Below, piece by piece: positions 25,301 to 37,300 of a stretch of 64,000 nt of DNA. The notes beneath the pieces are model-generated. The model was not told where the DNA came from. It was given only the letters and a program-made list of their open reading frames with translations, and ran no database searches. The stretch lies in NCBI GenBank assembly GCA_002269645.1, contig NIVC01003393.1, positions 1-64,000 of the forward strand, given 5' to 3'. The number at the start of each line of letters is the position of its first letter. Position 1 is the first letter of the stretch. The DNA is from Macrostomum lignano. Lineage: Eukaryota. A program made the translations under genes and the position numbers.

Positions 25301-28300
25301 CCAGCATTTTCGCAAAATTAGAAAAAAACTGACAGGGATGCCTGGCGTGTCAAATGTAATTTCAGAGTTATGAATTTTCTATTAAGAAAGTCTTTATTTA
25401 ACTGTGATAAGTCGGCGTTTATTTAGAGTCTTGAGAAGATAGCAAAAGAAGGTTAACATGGAATTTAGCTCTGGCGCAGCTCAGACAAAACTTTGCTGTA
25501 CAGGTTAGGATTCGGAGACCATAGATATATAATTAAAAGTCTGTTATAGAAAATTCTAGAAAGGAAACTTGGATTCACTTACTATAAATATAGAGTTGAC
25601 TATTTTAAGATAAAGTATTACTTATAACATCGTTAACTGTTGTACTTTTCGTAGTAACGAAGACGAATGCAAGGTGCCAAGTTAGGAAGAGATCGTAGAT
25701 GCATGCAGCGCGTATATTTTCAGCAGCGAAGTAGCTGGCTGCTATACTTAAAATATGAATAAGGCTTCACCCACAAACCATAGAACTTAAGTTCACACAC
25801 AACACCCCCACATTTTAGCAATTAACCTGGAGAGAAATAAATGACTGTTTTCTATTTTGTTTAACGATCAAATAAATCAGAAATAGGTCAGCCGATCAGG
25901 GGCTTTTCGGAGCCTCTGACTTCGACGACAAACTTGGTACTCGGGACTTTGATCGCTGGTTGTCTCCACTTCAGCAGGAGTCGTAGTCTCCATTTCCTTC
26001 TCCTTGCTGCTGCCAACATTGGCAGGTCTAGGCGAGGTAATCTCTTGTGAGTTCTCTGTAGTCCTTGGCGTTGCATCAGATGCATGGACAACCCGTCCTT
26101 TGCTGTCCAAGTAGGTATTTGATCCATGAAGTCCTTGAATTTCTTCTGGGACCTTGTCTGACTTTCCTTCTACGTTGATGTAGACAGGAATTGGGGTAGT
26201 TAGCGGTTTGTCCCATTCTGTAAAGGTTGCAGTGAGGCGCGTTCTTGGGCGTTGCATAAACATTTGTGCAGCAGGAATCGCTCCTTCGGAATTCGGTGTA
26301 GTGTTCTTCGAAAGGCAGATTGACATCAACACCTCACATTCGGAACCTATGTCATTACTGTTCTGCTTCAGAGTCACTTTTAACTCTTGGATAGCTCTTT
26401 CCACAATCCCATTTGACTGGTGATGACCAGGTGGTGTTAGGACATGGTTAATTAGATTCTTCTTGAGAAATTCTGCGAACTCTTTTGATCGAAAATTGGT
26501 TCCATTGTCAGTCACAATGCACGTTGGAAGTCCCATGTACTTAAATGTTCGTCTGCATGCTGGAATAAGAGAGTTGGCTGTGAGATTTGACAGCTGATGT
26601 ACATCAATCCACCGAGAGAAGGAGTCGATGAGAACCAAGAAGTGTTTCTCCTTGAAATATGCTATGTCCAGATGAACACGTTCGAAGAAAAACTTTGCAT
26701 CCTCCCATGAATGCAGATTTGCATTTGTTCGCTTTCTCGAATTTAGTTGGCAGGAAGGACACCTTTGAACGAAGCTATTGATCTGGGCGTCAATGTAAGG
26801 CCACCAGAAGTACTCTCGAGCTAGTCTGATCATGCGCACAATGCCCGGATGATTCTCGTGAAGAATTTGAAGAATTTCTCTGCGCATGGACTTTGGAGGC
26901 ACGATTCGGATCCCTTTGAACAGAATCCCGTTTTGAATGGAGTATTCCGCCTTGGATTTGGTGTACGGAAGCAGCTGTTTAGAAATGTAGCTTGGCCAAC
27001 CTTGAGTAACAAACTTCTTGATAGTATCAATTTCAGGGTCTCTGGTGTTGGCGACACGCCGAAGAATTGTCCCAGAAAAAAAAATTCTACGAGAGAGTTT
27101 ACCTCCAGCAGATTGACATCAAAATTTGAAAACGAAGTAGAAGCGTTTGTTGAAGGAATTCTGGACAGAGTATCTGCTGCGATCATGGTGTCTCCTTTTG
27201 AATAAGTGACAGTGTAGTCATAGGATCTGAGCAGCAATGCCCATCTCTGGGGTCTCGCAGAAACTCGGTCAGGAACTTTCGTTGTAGAGAAGATGTACTG
27301 CAAAGGTCTGTGATCAGAGATGATTGTAAAATGACGGCCTGCCAGAAATTGATGAAAATATTTTATACCCTCGATAATTGCAAGAGCCTCCCGCTCAATG
27401 TTGGCGTAGTTGGTTGGCCTCAGCCTTGGTCAAAACTCTGCTTCCCAGCCATACAACTTCTTTTTGGTTCGTGTCGTGGGACAGCACAAATCCGACTCCA
27501 CTCTGAGAAGCGTCGCAAGTTAGAAACAACGGCCTTTTTATATCATAAGAAACGATTCGACCTTCCGTTACAGCAGCTTTCAGTTGGGAGAACGCACTTG
27601 AGTGAACGACAGTCCATTTCCACTGAACCCCTTTCTTTAGGAGGTAATAGAGCGGCTTGGCGATCATAGAGAAGTTCCGACAAAAAATCCCGTAGTGTCT
27701 TAAGGTGCATATAGCACTTCTCAATTGATCCCGGTCTTTTGGCTCTGACAAGTTGGATAGAGCTTCCACTCTTGCAGGATCAGGCAAAAGTTTCCCATCT
27801 CGAAGGAGAAATCCCAGAAATGTGACTTCTTTCTTGCACTCCTGAGTCTTACGCTCATTGATCTTGAATCCATGCTTTTTCAGTTTTTCCTTGACTTGCA
27901 CCAGGATCTGTCGATGCTGCTCCACTGTTTCAGTGCCTAGAATGATGTCGTCCTGATATTCCTTTGAGCAAGATATCCATAACTTCCTGAAATATCAGTG
28001 GTGCTGCCGATATCCCAAATTGTAACTTACGGAAGGCAAAATGTCCTACGTGGGTGGAAATACACGGTAAGATCCTGACTTTCTGGCGTTAGGGGAATCT
28101 GCAAGAATGCGTCTTCGAGGTCGAGCACTGAATACACTTTCGAATTTGGGATCTTTTGAAGGATTTCTTTCAAAGTTGGCAGTCGATATCGATCTCGGTC
28201 TATCAGTCTGTTGAGAGTGACTGAATAGTCTCCACACAGTCTAATGAGTCTCTTTGATCCTTCTGGTTTCAACACAGGAACAATAGGGCACGATACCTTA

Positions 28301-31300
28301 GGCGAGTGAACTGGGTAGATGATACCTGCACTTTCCAGTCTTTTCAGCTCCAGTTCAACCAAAGTTTTAATTGAGAACGGAAGGGATCTGGCAGGAAAGC
28401 ACATTCCATCGGTAGAGGCCCCGTCCTTCAGGCGAAAGCTGGCCTGGAATCTTAAATTTTCATCACACTGCACTGGATGGCACAGAAATTCGTCTACCGT
28501 CAATAGGTTGAAGGCACGAATAAAATTTATTCCCAAAATGGCTTGACTAGATGGGTCCCCGACATATATGTCTCCGCATGCCGTTTTGCCGTTTCTCAGC
28601 TCAATCGTGACGTCATTAGCCATGCCTCGTACGGAAACTGAAGCTCCCCCGAAAACTTTGAGTGATCGAATGTCCGCGTCAACCATGTGCAATCCGGCTT
28701 GCTCTACGATGGTTACTGGCAAAATTGTTACCTGACTACCAGAGTCGACGCACATATGGACTGTGGAATCACCGATCGTGCAGACTATTTTCCAGAGTTC
28801 GTCGCATGGAGTAGCCTTGATCACCGAGTACACAGCTGAATCAGGTGGATCAGCGTCGGTTGCTTCAACTTCCGCGTACGTGACTTTCTTGCTGCCACCG
28901 ATGTTGGACCTGCATGCTCTGGCAATGTGCCCGGTTTTTCCGCACTTGTGACATGTCGCATTACGGAACTTGCAGGTATTTCTAAGATGACCCGGGTTAC
29001 CACAGGAATGGCAGCTAGACTTAGAATGATTCGGCGTTGTTGGCATTGGCCTGGATACCGTTGGATACTTTTGGTTGCTGCCGGTCTTCTTGTGAGTGGT
29101 TTTCTGCACTGCTGCGACGGTTTTGCTCGAATCAGTGGCTTGAGATACGGACTCCGATAAGAGACTATCCTTAACCGCAGTCTCTAGATCCAGCTTTTCC
29201 TTTACTAGTAATTTTTGCTTCAGAGAATTATCAGCCAGTCCGAAAATATACTGAGAAAGAATTAACTCTTCTCGCAGGTTGCCGAATTCGCATTTGTTGG
29301 CCTGTGTCTTCAGTCTCTCCAAAGACTTTGTCACCGACTCACCCTGTATTTGGACCATGGTATGTAGCAGATGTCTGTCGTAGTGAAGAAGGCGCTTGGG
29401 TTTCAAGTGGCTCAGTACCGCTTCTTTGATGAAATCGAGCGTACACTTTGTATCGTTTAAAATGTCTTCTGGCTGCACAAGTGTCTCAATCAGTGAAAAT
29501 GCGGCATCTCCACAAGTAGCAAGTAGAACGGCTTTGCTCTGGTCATTCTTTTCCGTTGCGCTAATGTAAAAACCGAGGCGCTTGAAATACTGTTCGACAT
29601 CGGGGTAGCACAGCGGCATCTCCCCCAGTCGGAAGTCGAGTCCGGAAGACATCGGAATGAAGATTTGGTGACTGCAGTATCGTCCCGCGAAGAATTAAAT
29701 TTTCCTCGTCGCCATGTTGTACTTTTCGTAGTAACGAAGACGAATGCAAGGTGCCAAGTTAGGAAGAGATCGTAGATGCATGCAGCGCGTATATTTTCAG
29801 CAGCGAAGTAGCTGGCTGCTATACTTAAAATATGAATAAGGCTTCACCCATAAACCATAGAACTTAAGTTCATACACAACATTTTCGTCTAGGATAATAA
29901 TAATAATTGATAACACCTGCCCAAATAAGCAGATGTACAATAAAAATACAATACAATAAATACAATGGCCACCGGCCACAAGTGGTCAGGAAAGGGGGGG
30001 ACATTGTCAAAAAGCACGCTTAGCTGCGCAGTCTCTGATGAAGGTAGCGCCATTGATCTGATCAGGCGCCCTGGCGTCTTCTGTCAGACAGTCGACGAAC
30101 CTCCGGGTCCGCGCCTGCCCCCGCCGGAACGGGCCCTGCTGCGTGTACAGCAAGACCTCCTGCAGCGGCTCCGGGCAGTAGGACTCGGCGCGAATGACGT
30201 GGCCCGCCAGCTTCAGGCGGCGCTGTCGCAGGGTCACGCTGGGAGGGCTCAGCTTGGCCCGCTGGTAGAGAGCCTGGTTGGTGACGTGTTCGGCGTGACG
30301 GTGCACGCTGAAGGCAGCGCGCAGCAGGCTGGAGTGCGCCGCGTCCAGCTGGCGCTCCAGCACATCCGTCATGGTCCAGGTCTCGGCGTTGTAGAAGAGC
30401 ACCGTTTCCACCACCGCCTGGAACAGTCTGGTTCTCAGCTGGTCTGGCAGGGCGTCGCTTTGGAGCACGATGCGCACTGAGCGGAAAGCCGCCCACGCAA
30501 GCCCTCTGCGACGCCGCAGGTCCTCCTGGACGCTGGGCACGAGACCACCAAGGTACCGGAACTGCTCACATCGGGGGAGCGGTGCTGCCGTTGCGCTGTC
30601 CATGCTGGGAAGGCGGATGACCGCTGGCAACCGACAGCTCAGCCGCAGCTAATGTGCGGCGCATCTGAAGGCTGCGTACAGCTGTATAGTCCAAGGGGTC
30701 TCCATACAGCCTCAGTTACCCCAGCTAACGCTGGCACCCATTTTACAGCTGGGTGAACTGAAGCAATGCAGAGTTAAATGTCTTGCTCAAGGACAAAGAT
30801 TTTTTCGATAGTGTCGGGAATCGAACCCCTGACCTTCAATTCGTGAATCCGACGCTTTAACCACTAGGCTAGAACCCCTACTAGGCTAGAACCCCTACTA
30901 GGCTACAACCCCTATTAGGCTACAACCCCTATTAGGCTACAACCCCTATTAGGCTACATCCCCTATTAGGCTACAACCCCTATTAGGCTACAACCCCTAG
31001 TAGGCTACAACCCCTATTAGGCTACAACCCCTATTAGGCTACAACCCCTAGTAGGCTACAACCCCTATTAGGCTACAACCCCTACTAGGCTACAACCCCT
31101 ACTAGGCTACAACCCCTACTAGGCTACAACCCCTATTAGGCTACAACCCCTACTAGGCTACAAACCCTATTAGGCTACAACCCCTACTAGGCTACAACCC
31201 CTATTAGGCTACAACCCCTACTAGGCTACAACCCCTACTAGGCTACAACCCCTATTAGGCTACAACCCCTATTAGGCTACAACCCCTACTAGGCTACAAC

Positions 31301-34300
31301 CCCTATTAGGCCACAACCCCTACTAGGCTACAACCCCTATTAGGCCACAACCCCTACTAGGCTACAACCCCTATTAGGCTACAACCCCTACTAGGCCACA
31401 ACCCCTTCTACGAGTTCTTCTGCGAGTATATACAAAAATGAACCTTACTATTAGTAAGGTGTGCAATTAATCCGTGGGCAAAAAATTTAGCTGCTAGGCG
31501 AAAAGCATTGACTTACTGTTTTGAGTCGGAGTCCTCTGTATTTTCTTACTGTTATGAAATTAATTACGCTACATATCGGAACGTTGATCCACCGCTGTGA
31601 GGTAGGCTAGGATTTCTAAAGCGATTTCTGGAGCCTCAAACGGAACGTCATTTAAATCAGTTGCATTTTAATTGCATATAAATCCTAGAGCAGATAAAAA
31701 TAGAAATTTAACTCAATAAATAATGATGATTTCAGGACAACCTGGCCCTGTTCATACAGATCTGCGATCAGGTGTTTAACGTGCCAAAATTGTCCATGTT
31801 CGATGTGACTGATGTTGTCGAAGATCTGTCAGAAAAATACAATCCGTACGTGCTTGTTAAACTGCGCAACTACTTATATTAGTTTAACCGTTTTTATCTG
31901 TACCCTATTTTTGTGTTAATACTTCTTGGCACTGCAGAGAGGACGCAGTCTACGAAGATGAAAGGCGCTGCAAAAAGGTGTGCATTGTATTTTGAAAATG
32001 GAAATTCCTATTATCTTAAATCCTTATTCCCTATCCTGGAGCCTGAATACCATTCCGGACACAGAATCCCATTCCTGACACAGAATTACATTTCTGACAC
32101 TCCAATTCCCGTTGCTGACACAATCCCATTTCTGACCCTCAAATTCCCATTCCTGACACAGAATTCCCATTCCTGACACAGAATTCCCATTCCTGACACA
32201 GAATCCCATTTCTGACACAGAATCCCATTTCTGACACAGAATCCCATTTCTGACACAGAATCCCATTTCTGACCCTCGAATTCCCATTCCTGACACAGAA
32301 TCCCATTTCTGACCCTCGAATTCTCATTCCTGACACAATCCCATTCCTGACACAGAATTCCCATTCCTGACACAGAATCCCATTCCTGACACAGAATCCC
32401 ATTCCTGACACAGAATTCCCATTCCTGACACAGAATCCCATTCCTGACACAGAATCCCATTCCAGACACAAAATTCCCATCCTGACACAGAAATCCCATT
32501 CCTGACACAAAATTCCCATCCTGACACAGAATCCCATTCCTGACACAGAATCCCATTCCTGACACAAAATTCCCATCCTGACACAGAAATCCCATTCCTG
32601 ACACAGAAATCCCATTCCTGACACAAAATTCCCATCCTGACACAGAATCCCATTCCTGACACAGAATCCCATTCCTGACACAAAATTCCCATCCTGACAC
32701 AGAACGCCATTTCATTTGACAGATTCTCACCTGCCTGCTACGACTGCACCGGTTCGTGGACTTGCGGCCATCAACTCCGCGTCTTGAACTGTCCGCCCTC
32801 ATGGCTGTGCTTGGCGGTGGCGGCGGAGGTGGAGGCAGCCGACCCTCCAGCGCGGGTTCCGGGAAAAGAGAATCCTTAACTAGCGACGCCCCTCCAGCGG
32901 TCCAACTGACCCAATCCGTCCGAACGTCAGCTGCCGCCTCTAACGCCAATCCGTTACAGTTTGTCAAGCCGGAAGGCAACAAGCTGGTCCAGACGGCCAG
33001 GCATCAGATTCAGGCTATTCAACGGAATAAAGAGGAGTTGGCTGAGACTGCCGCGGCAAAGGCAGCCGCCGCCGAAGCTTCCAGCGATGCCGACGGAGAC
33101 GCGTGGATTTCGGTAGAAGTGTTGGGATTTTTCTTGCAATACTAGTAGAGTTGACATGCTATCAGTTGCTGGTATAAATCACTAATCTTTTCTGCCAAAA
33201 AAGCTCAATAATCGCCCCCGAAACACACCGAGAATCGCCCCCTGAAACACCGAGAATCGCCCCCTGAAACACACCGAGAATCGCCCCCTGAAACACCGAG
33301 AATCGCCCCCGAAACACACCGAGAATCTACCCTGAAATACACCGACAATCGCCCCTGAAACACACCGAGAATCGCCCCTGAAACACACCGACAATCTCCC
33401 CTGAAACACACCGACAATCTCCCCTGAAATACACCGACAATCTCCCCTGAAACACACCGACAATCTCCCCTGAAACACACCGACAATCTCCCCTGAAACA
33501 CACCGACAATCTCCCCTGAAACACACCGACAATCGCCCCTGAAATACACTGACAATCGCCCTGAAGCACACCGACAATCTCCCCTGAAACACACCGAGAA
33601 TCGCCCCTGAAACACACCAAGAATCGCCCCTGAAACACACCAAGAATCGCCCCTGAAACACACCGACAATCTCCCCTGAAACACACCGACAATCTCCCCT
33701 AAAACACACCGACAATCGCCCCTGAAACACACCGAGAATCGCCCCTGAAACACACCGACAATCTCCCCTGAAACACACCGACAATCTCCCCTAAAACACA
33801 CCGACAATCGCCCCTGAAACACACCGAGAATCGCCCCTGAAACACACCGACAATCTCCCCTGAAACACACCGAGAATCGCCCCTGAAACACACAGAAAAT
33901 CGCCCCTGAAACACACAGAGAATCGCCCCTGAAACACACAGACAATCGCCCCTGAAACACACCGAGAATCGCCCCTGAAACACACCGAGAATCGCCCCTG
34001 AAACACACCGAGAATCGCCCCTGAAACACACCGAGAATCGCCCCTGAAACACACCGAGAATCGCCCCTGAAACACACCGAGAATCGCCCCTGAAACACAC
34101 CGAGAATCGCCCCTGAAACACACCGAGAATCGCCCCTGAAACACACCGAGAATCGCCCCTGAAACACACCGAGAATCGCCCCTGAAACACACCGAGAATC
34201 GCCCCTGAAACACACCGAGAATCGCCCCTGAAACACACCGAGAATCGCCCCTGAAACACACCGAGAATCGCCCCTGAAACACACCGAGAATCGCCCCTGA

Positions 34301-37300
34301 AACACACCGAGAATCGCCCCTGAAACACACCGAGAATCGCCCCTGATACATCTCCCACGCGCTCGAACCGCAGTCGCTGAACTGCTGGAAGGAGCGGCGC
34401 CGCCAGACGCTGCAAAACTCTGGCGCACTGCAGCGCCTCGGCCTGCTAGAAGAGCAAGAGGCCGCCGAGAGCCGTCGGGAAGCCCAGCAGGCAATGGAGG
34501 CGGCCAGGTCGCGCAATAAATCAATCGGGCGAGCGCTCAAGGAGAGGTGAGCCACATTCATTTGAGGGCTTCTTGTACAGACATTTTCCTGGGACCTGGT
34601 CGTGCGATTCGCGCGCGTGAAGGCCCACCCTCAAGAAATTCAAGGTCCCTGTACACCCTGTGTGAGCGTGACTGCTTGCATCCTCGCTGGCCGCGGGTCG
34701 ACTGAAGCCTCCTGCAACTGATTAACTTACAAACTTCACAACACTGATCTGCAGAGCCAGAAGTCTGGGCCATCTGGACTCCGAAGACTACGAGGAGGAA
34801 TCGAAGAGTGATGAGCAATTATCAAATCAACTTCAATCAACTGAATCCGAGTCTGACGAGCTTCATCATCAGCATCGTTCGGCTACGGCGGCGTTCTTTG
34901 AGCGCCAACAATCGCAGCCGGCCCCGTCTAAGACGCCGTCACCGCCGCCGAAGCGACGCAGTCCTGTGGCGGCTTCCTTTGATATTCGCCGATCGCCGCC
35001 CCAGTCGCCGAAGCGACGCAGTCCTGTGGCGGCTTCCTTTGATATTCGCCGATCGCCGCCCCAGTCGCCGAAGCGACGCAGTCCTGTGGCGGCTTCCTTT
35101 GATATTCGCCGATCGCCGCCCCAGTCGCCGAAGCGACGCAGTCCTGTGGCGGCTTCCTTTGATATTCGCCGATCGCCGCCCCAGTCGCCGAAGCGACGCA
35201 GTCCTGTGGCGGCTTCCTTTGATATTCGCCGATCGCCGCCCCAGTCGCCGAAGCGACGCAGTCCTGTGGCGGCTTCCTTTGATCTTCGCCGATCGCCGCC
35301 CCAGTCGCCGAAGCGCCATAGTTCTGTGGCGGCTTCCTTTGATCATCGAAAATCTCAGCCGGAAAATTCTCCGCCCCAGTCGCCGAAGCGGCAAAGTCAG
35401 GCGTCGTCGGGGGTTTCAGCAGGCTTTGATCGGCAGGTATTGCAGCCGGCTCCGAGTAAGTCGCCGCCTCCGCCCGATCAGCTCTCCTCTTCATTCTCGG
35501 GTGTCCGAGTCGCTACCGGCATCGGCTTCAATTTGAGTTCGACCTCCGCCGCCGCCGCCACCCCCAGCGCGGTTGGCAACTTGCCAACCTCGCCTCGGTC
35601 TGTGCCGCTGCCCTGGGAGCGCCGGCAGGAGTTTCGGCCAGTCAGCTCCAAGTTTAACGCCGCTATCGCTGCGGCAACGCCGCGCGGTCGTTACGCGGAT
35701 GTGTCCGCTTCCGTGGTAAGGATTTAAGAGTCGGGCCCGTTGCCAGGGGTAGGGGGGATTTTATGTTCACCGAATTCCAAATCTCCAAACTTCGCGCATC
35801 CCATAGATTTCATATCCCTAAATTTCATATCCCCAAATTTCATATCCCCAAATTTTATGTCCCCAAATTTCATATCCCTAAGTTTCATATCCCCAAATCT
35901 CATATCCCAAAATTTCATATCCCTGAGTTTCAAATTGCTGCAACTAACAAAAAGACTGTCATCACGTTTCTTATTTCAGCCGCACTCCCGTTTATCAGCT
36001 TCCAATTCGCTGACTGCTGAAGGCCACCAGGTAGGCTTGTCGATTTTGCTGTACTTTTAAATCTAATTATTCTATTATTAGTTTTTACTTTGGTTTTTAA
36101 TTTTAGGTTTACAAGTTTAGTCTATTCTGACGCAATGCAATTTTTATAGTGCTTCAGTTTACTCGTCTTTCTTGTGACTGCCGCTGTCCCTTAATCTCTA
36201 TGTCTATGCAACTGGGGGTCTTTGTGAAACTGCGATCGGGGTCTTTGTGAAACTGCAATCGGGGTCTTTGTGAAACTGCGATCGGGGTCTTTGTGAAACT
36301 GCGATCGGGGTCTTTGTGAAACTGCGATCGGGGTCTTTGTGAAACTGCAATCGGGGTCGTTGTGAAACTGCAATCGGGGTCTTTGTGAAACTGCAATCGG
36401 GGTCTTTGTGAAACTGCAATCGGGGTCTTTGTGAAACTGCAATCGGGGTCTTTGTGAAACTCTAATCGGGGTCTTTGTGAAACTGCGATCGGGGTCGTTG
36501 TGAAACTGCAATCGGGTCTTTGTTCAATAAATCTTTGCATAGAGGTAGTATACAGTTCTCAAAAAATTTCAGTCAATGCCTTATTCAGTTTTTACTGTTT
36601 CTATTATTACATACTCGATTTTTCGCGCAGTCATTCTGGTCAGCAAGGTGAGACAGCTGTGTCTTGGACAGTAACTGCTTAATCAGTACCAGAGAGCCCG
36701 GACTGCCGTAGCTTTCCAAGAATCGTCAGGGTAGCTTTCGAATTCCCGCGCTTTGTTGAAAATTGCATGTGTTTGTTTTTCTAAACATGCTACTCATAGC
36801 TCGTATGAGTAGGATGTTTTGTAAAATTGAGCGAAATTGTTCCCCCGCTTTTTCTGCTTTTTATTAGAAAGTTCAGCTCAATAGTGCAGCATACATAAAT
36901 CTCGCATTGATGATTGCTGTGAAGATACTTTATAGATAGAAACCTGAGCTACTACTAGTAGTATGCGTGTGCAATACGCTCCAACTAATCGGTGATCTGC
37001 TTAGACTGCTGAGGAAAATTGGCATGACGAATGTTGCTTATGAGTTTCAATTGCTATAGGAGAATGCAACCGTGTTGTAAAATGACAATTATGATTTTTT
37101 GATAATTTTTCATAACAAATTAATTCAGAGAGAGCCGTCGCCACGTCGTCAGCTGGTGCAGCATCCGTCATCTGCAACGCAGCTTTTGCGTCAGTCGATG
37201 CCAGACAATGCTTTTACTGGCAAGGACCCGCTTAAGGTTTGCTTGCCGCAATTTTTTCTCATCGTCCTACTTAACTAGTAGTATAATTAGAGCAAATTTA

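Noticed and set aside
30800-30881. Possible tRNA gene on the minus strand
   Set aside because: It has A and B boxes but runs into a CORE-like domain and an (ATT)n tail, and a second deleted copy exists; it is a SINE head.
33182-34561. Several 200-440-aa minus-strand ORFs
   Set aside because: Products of the 23-bp minisatellite read in all frames; the true exon is on the plus strand.
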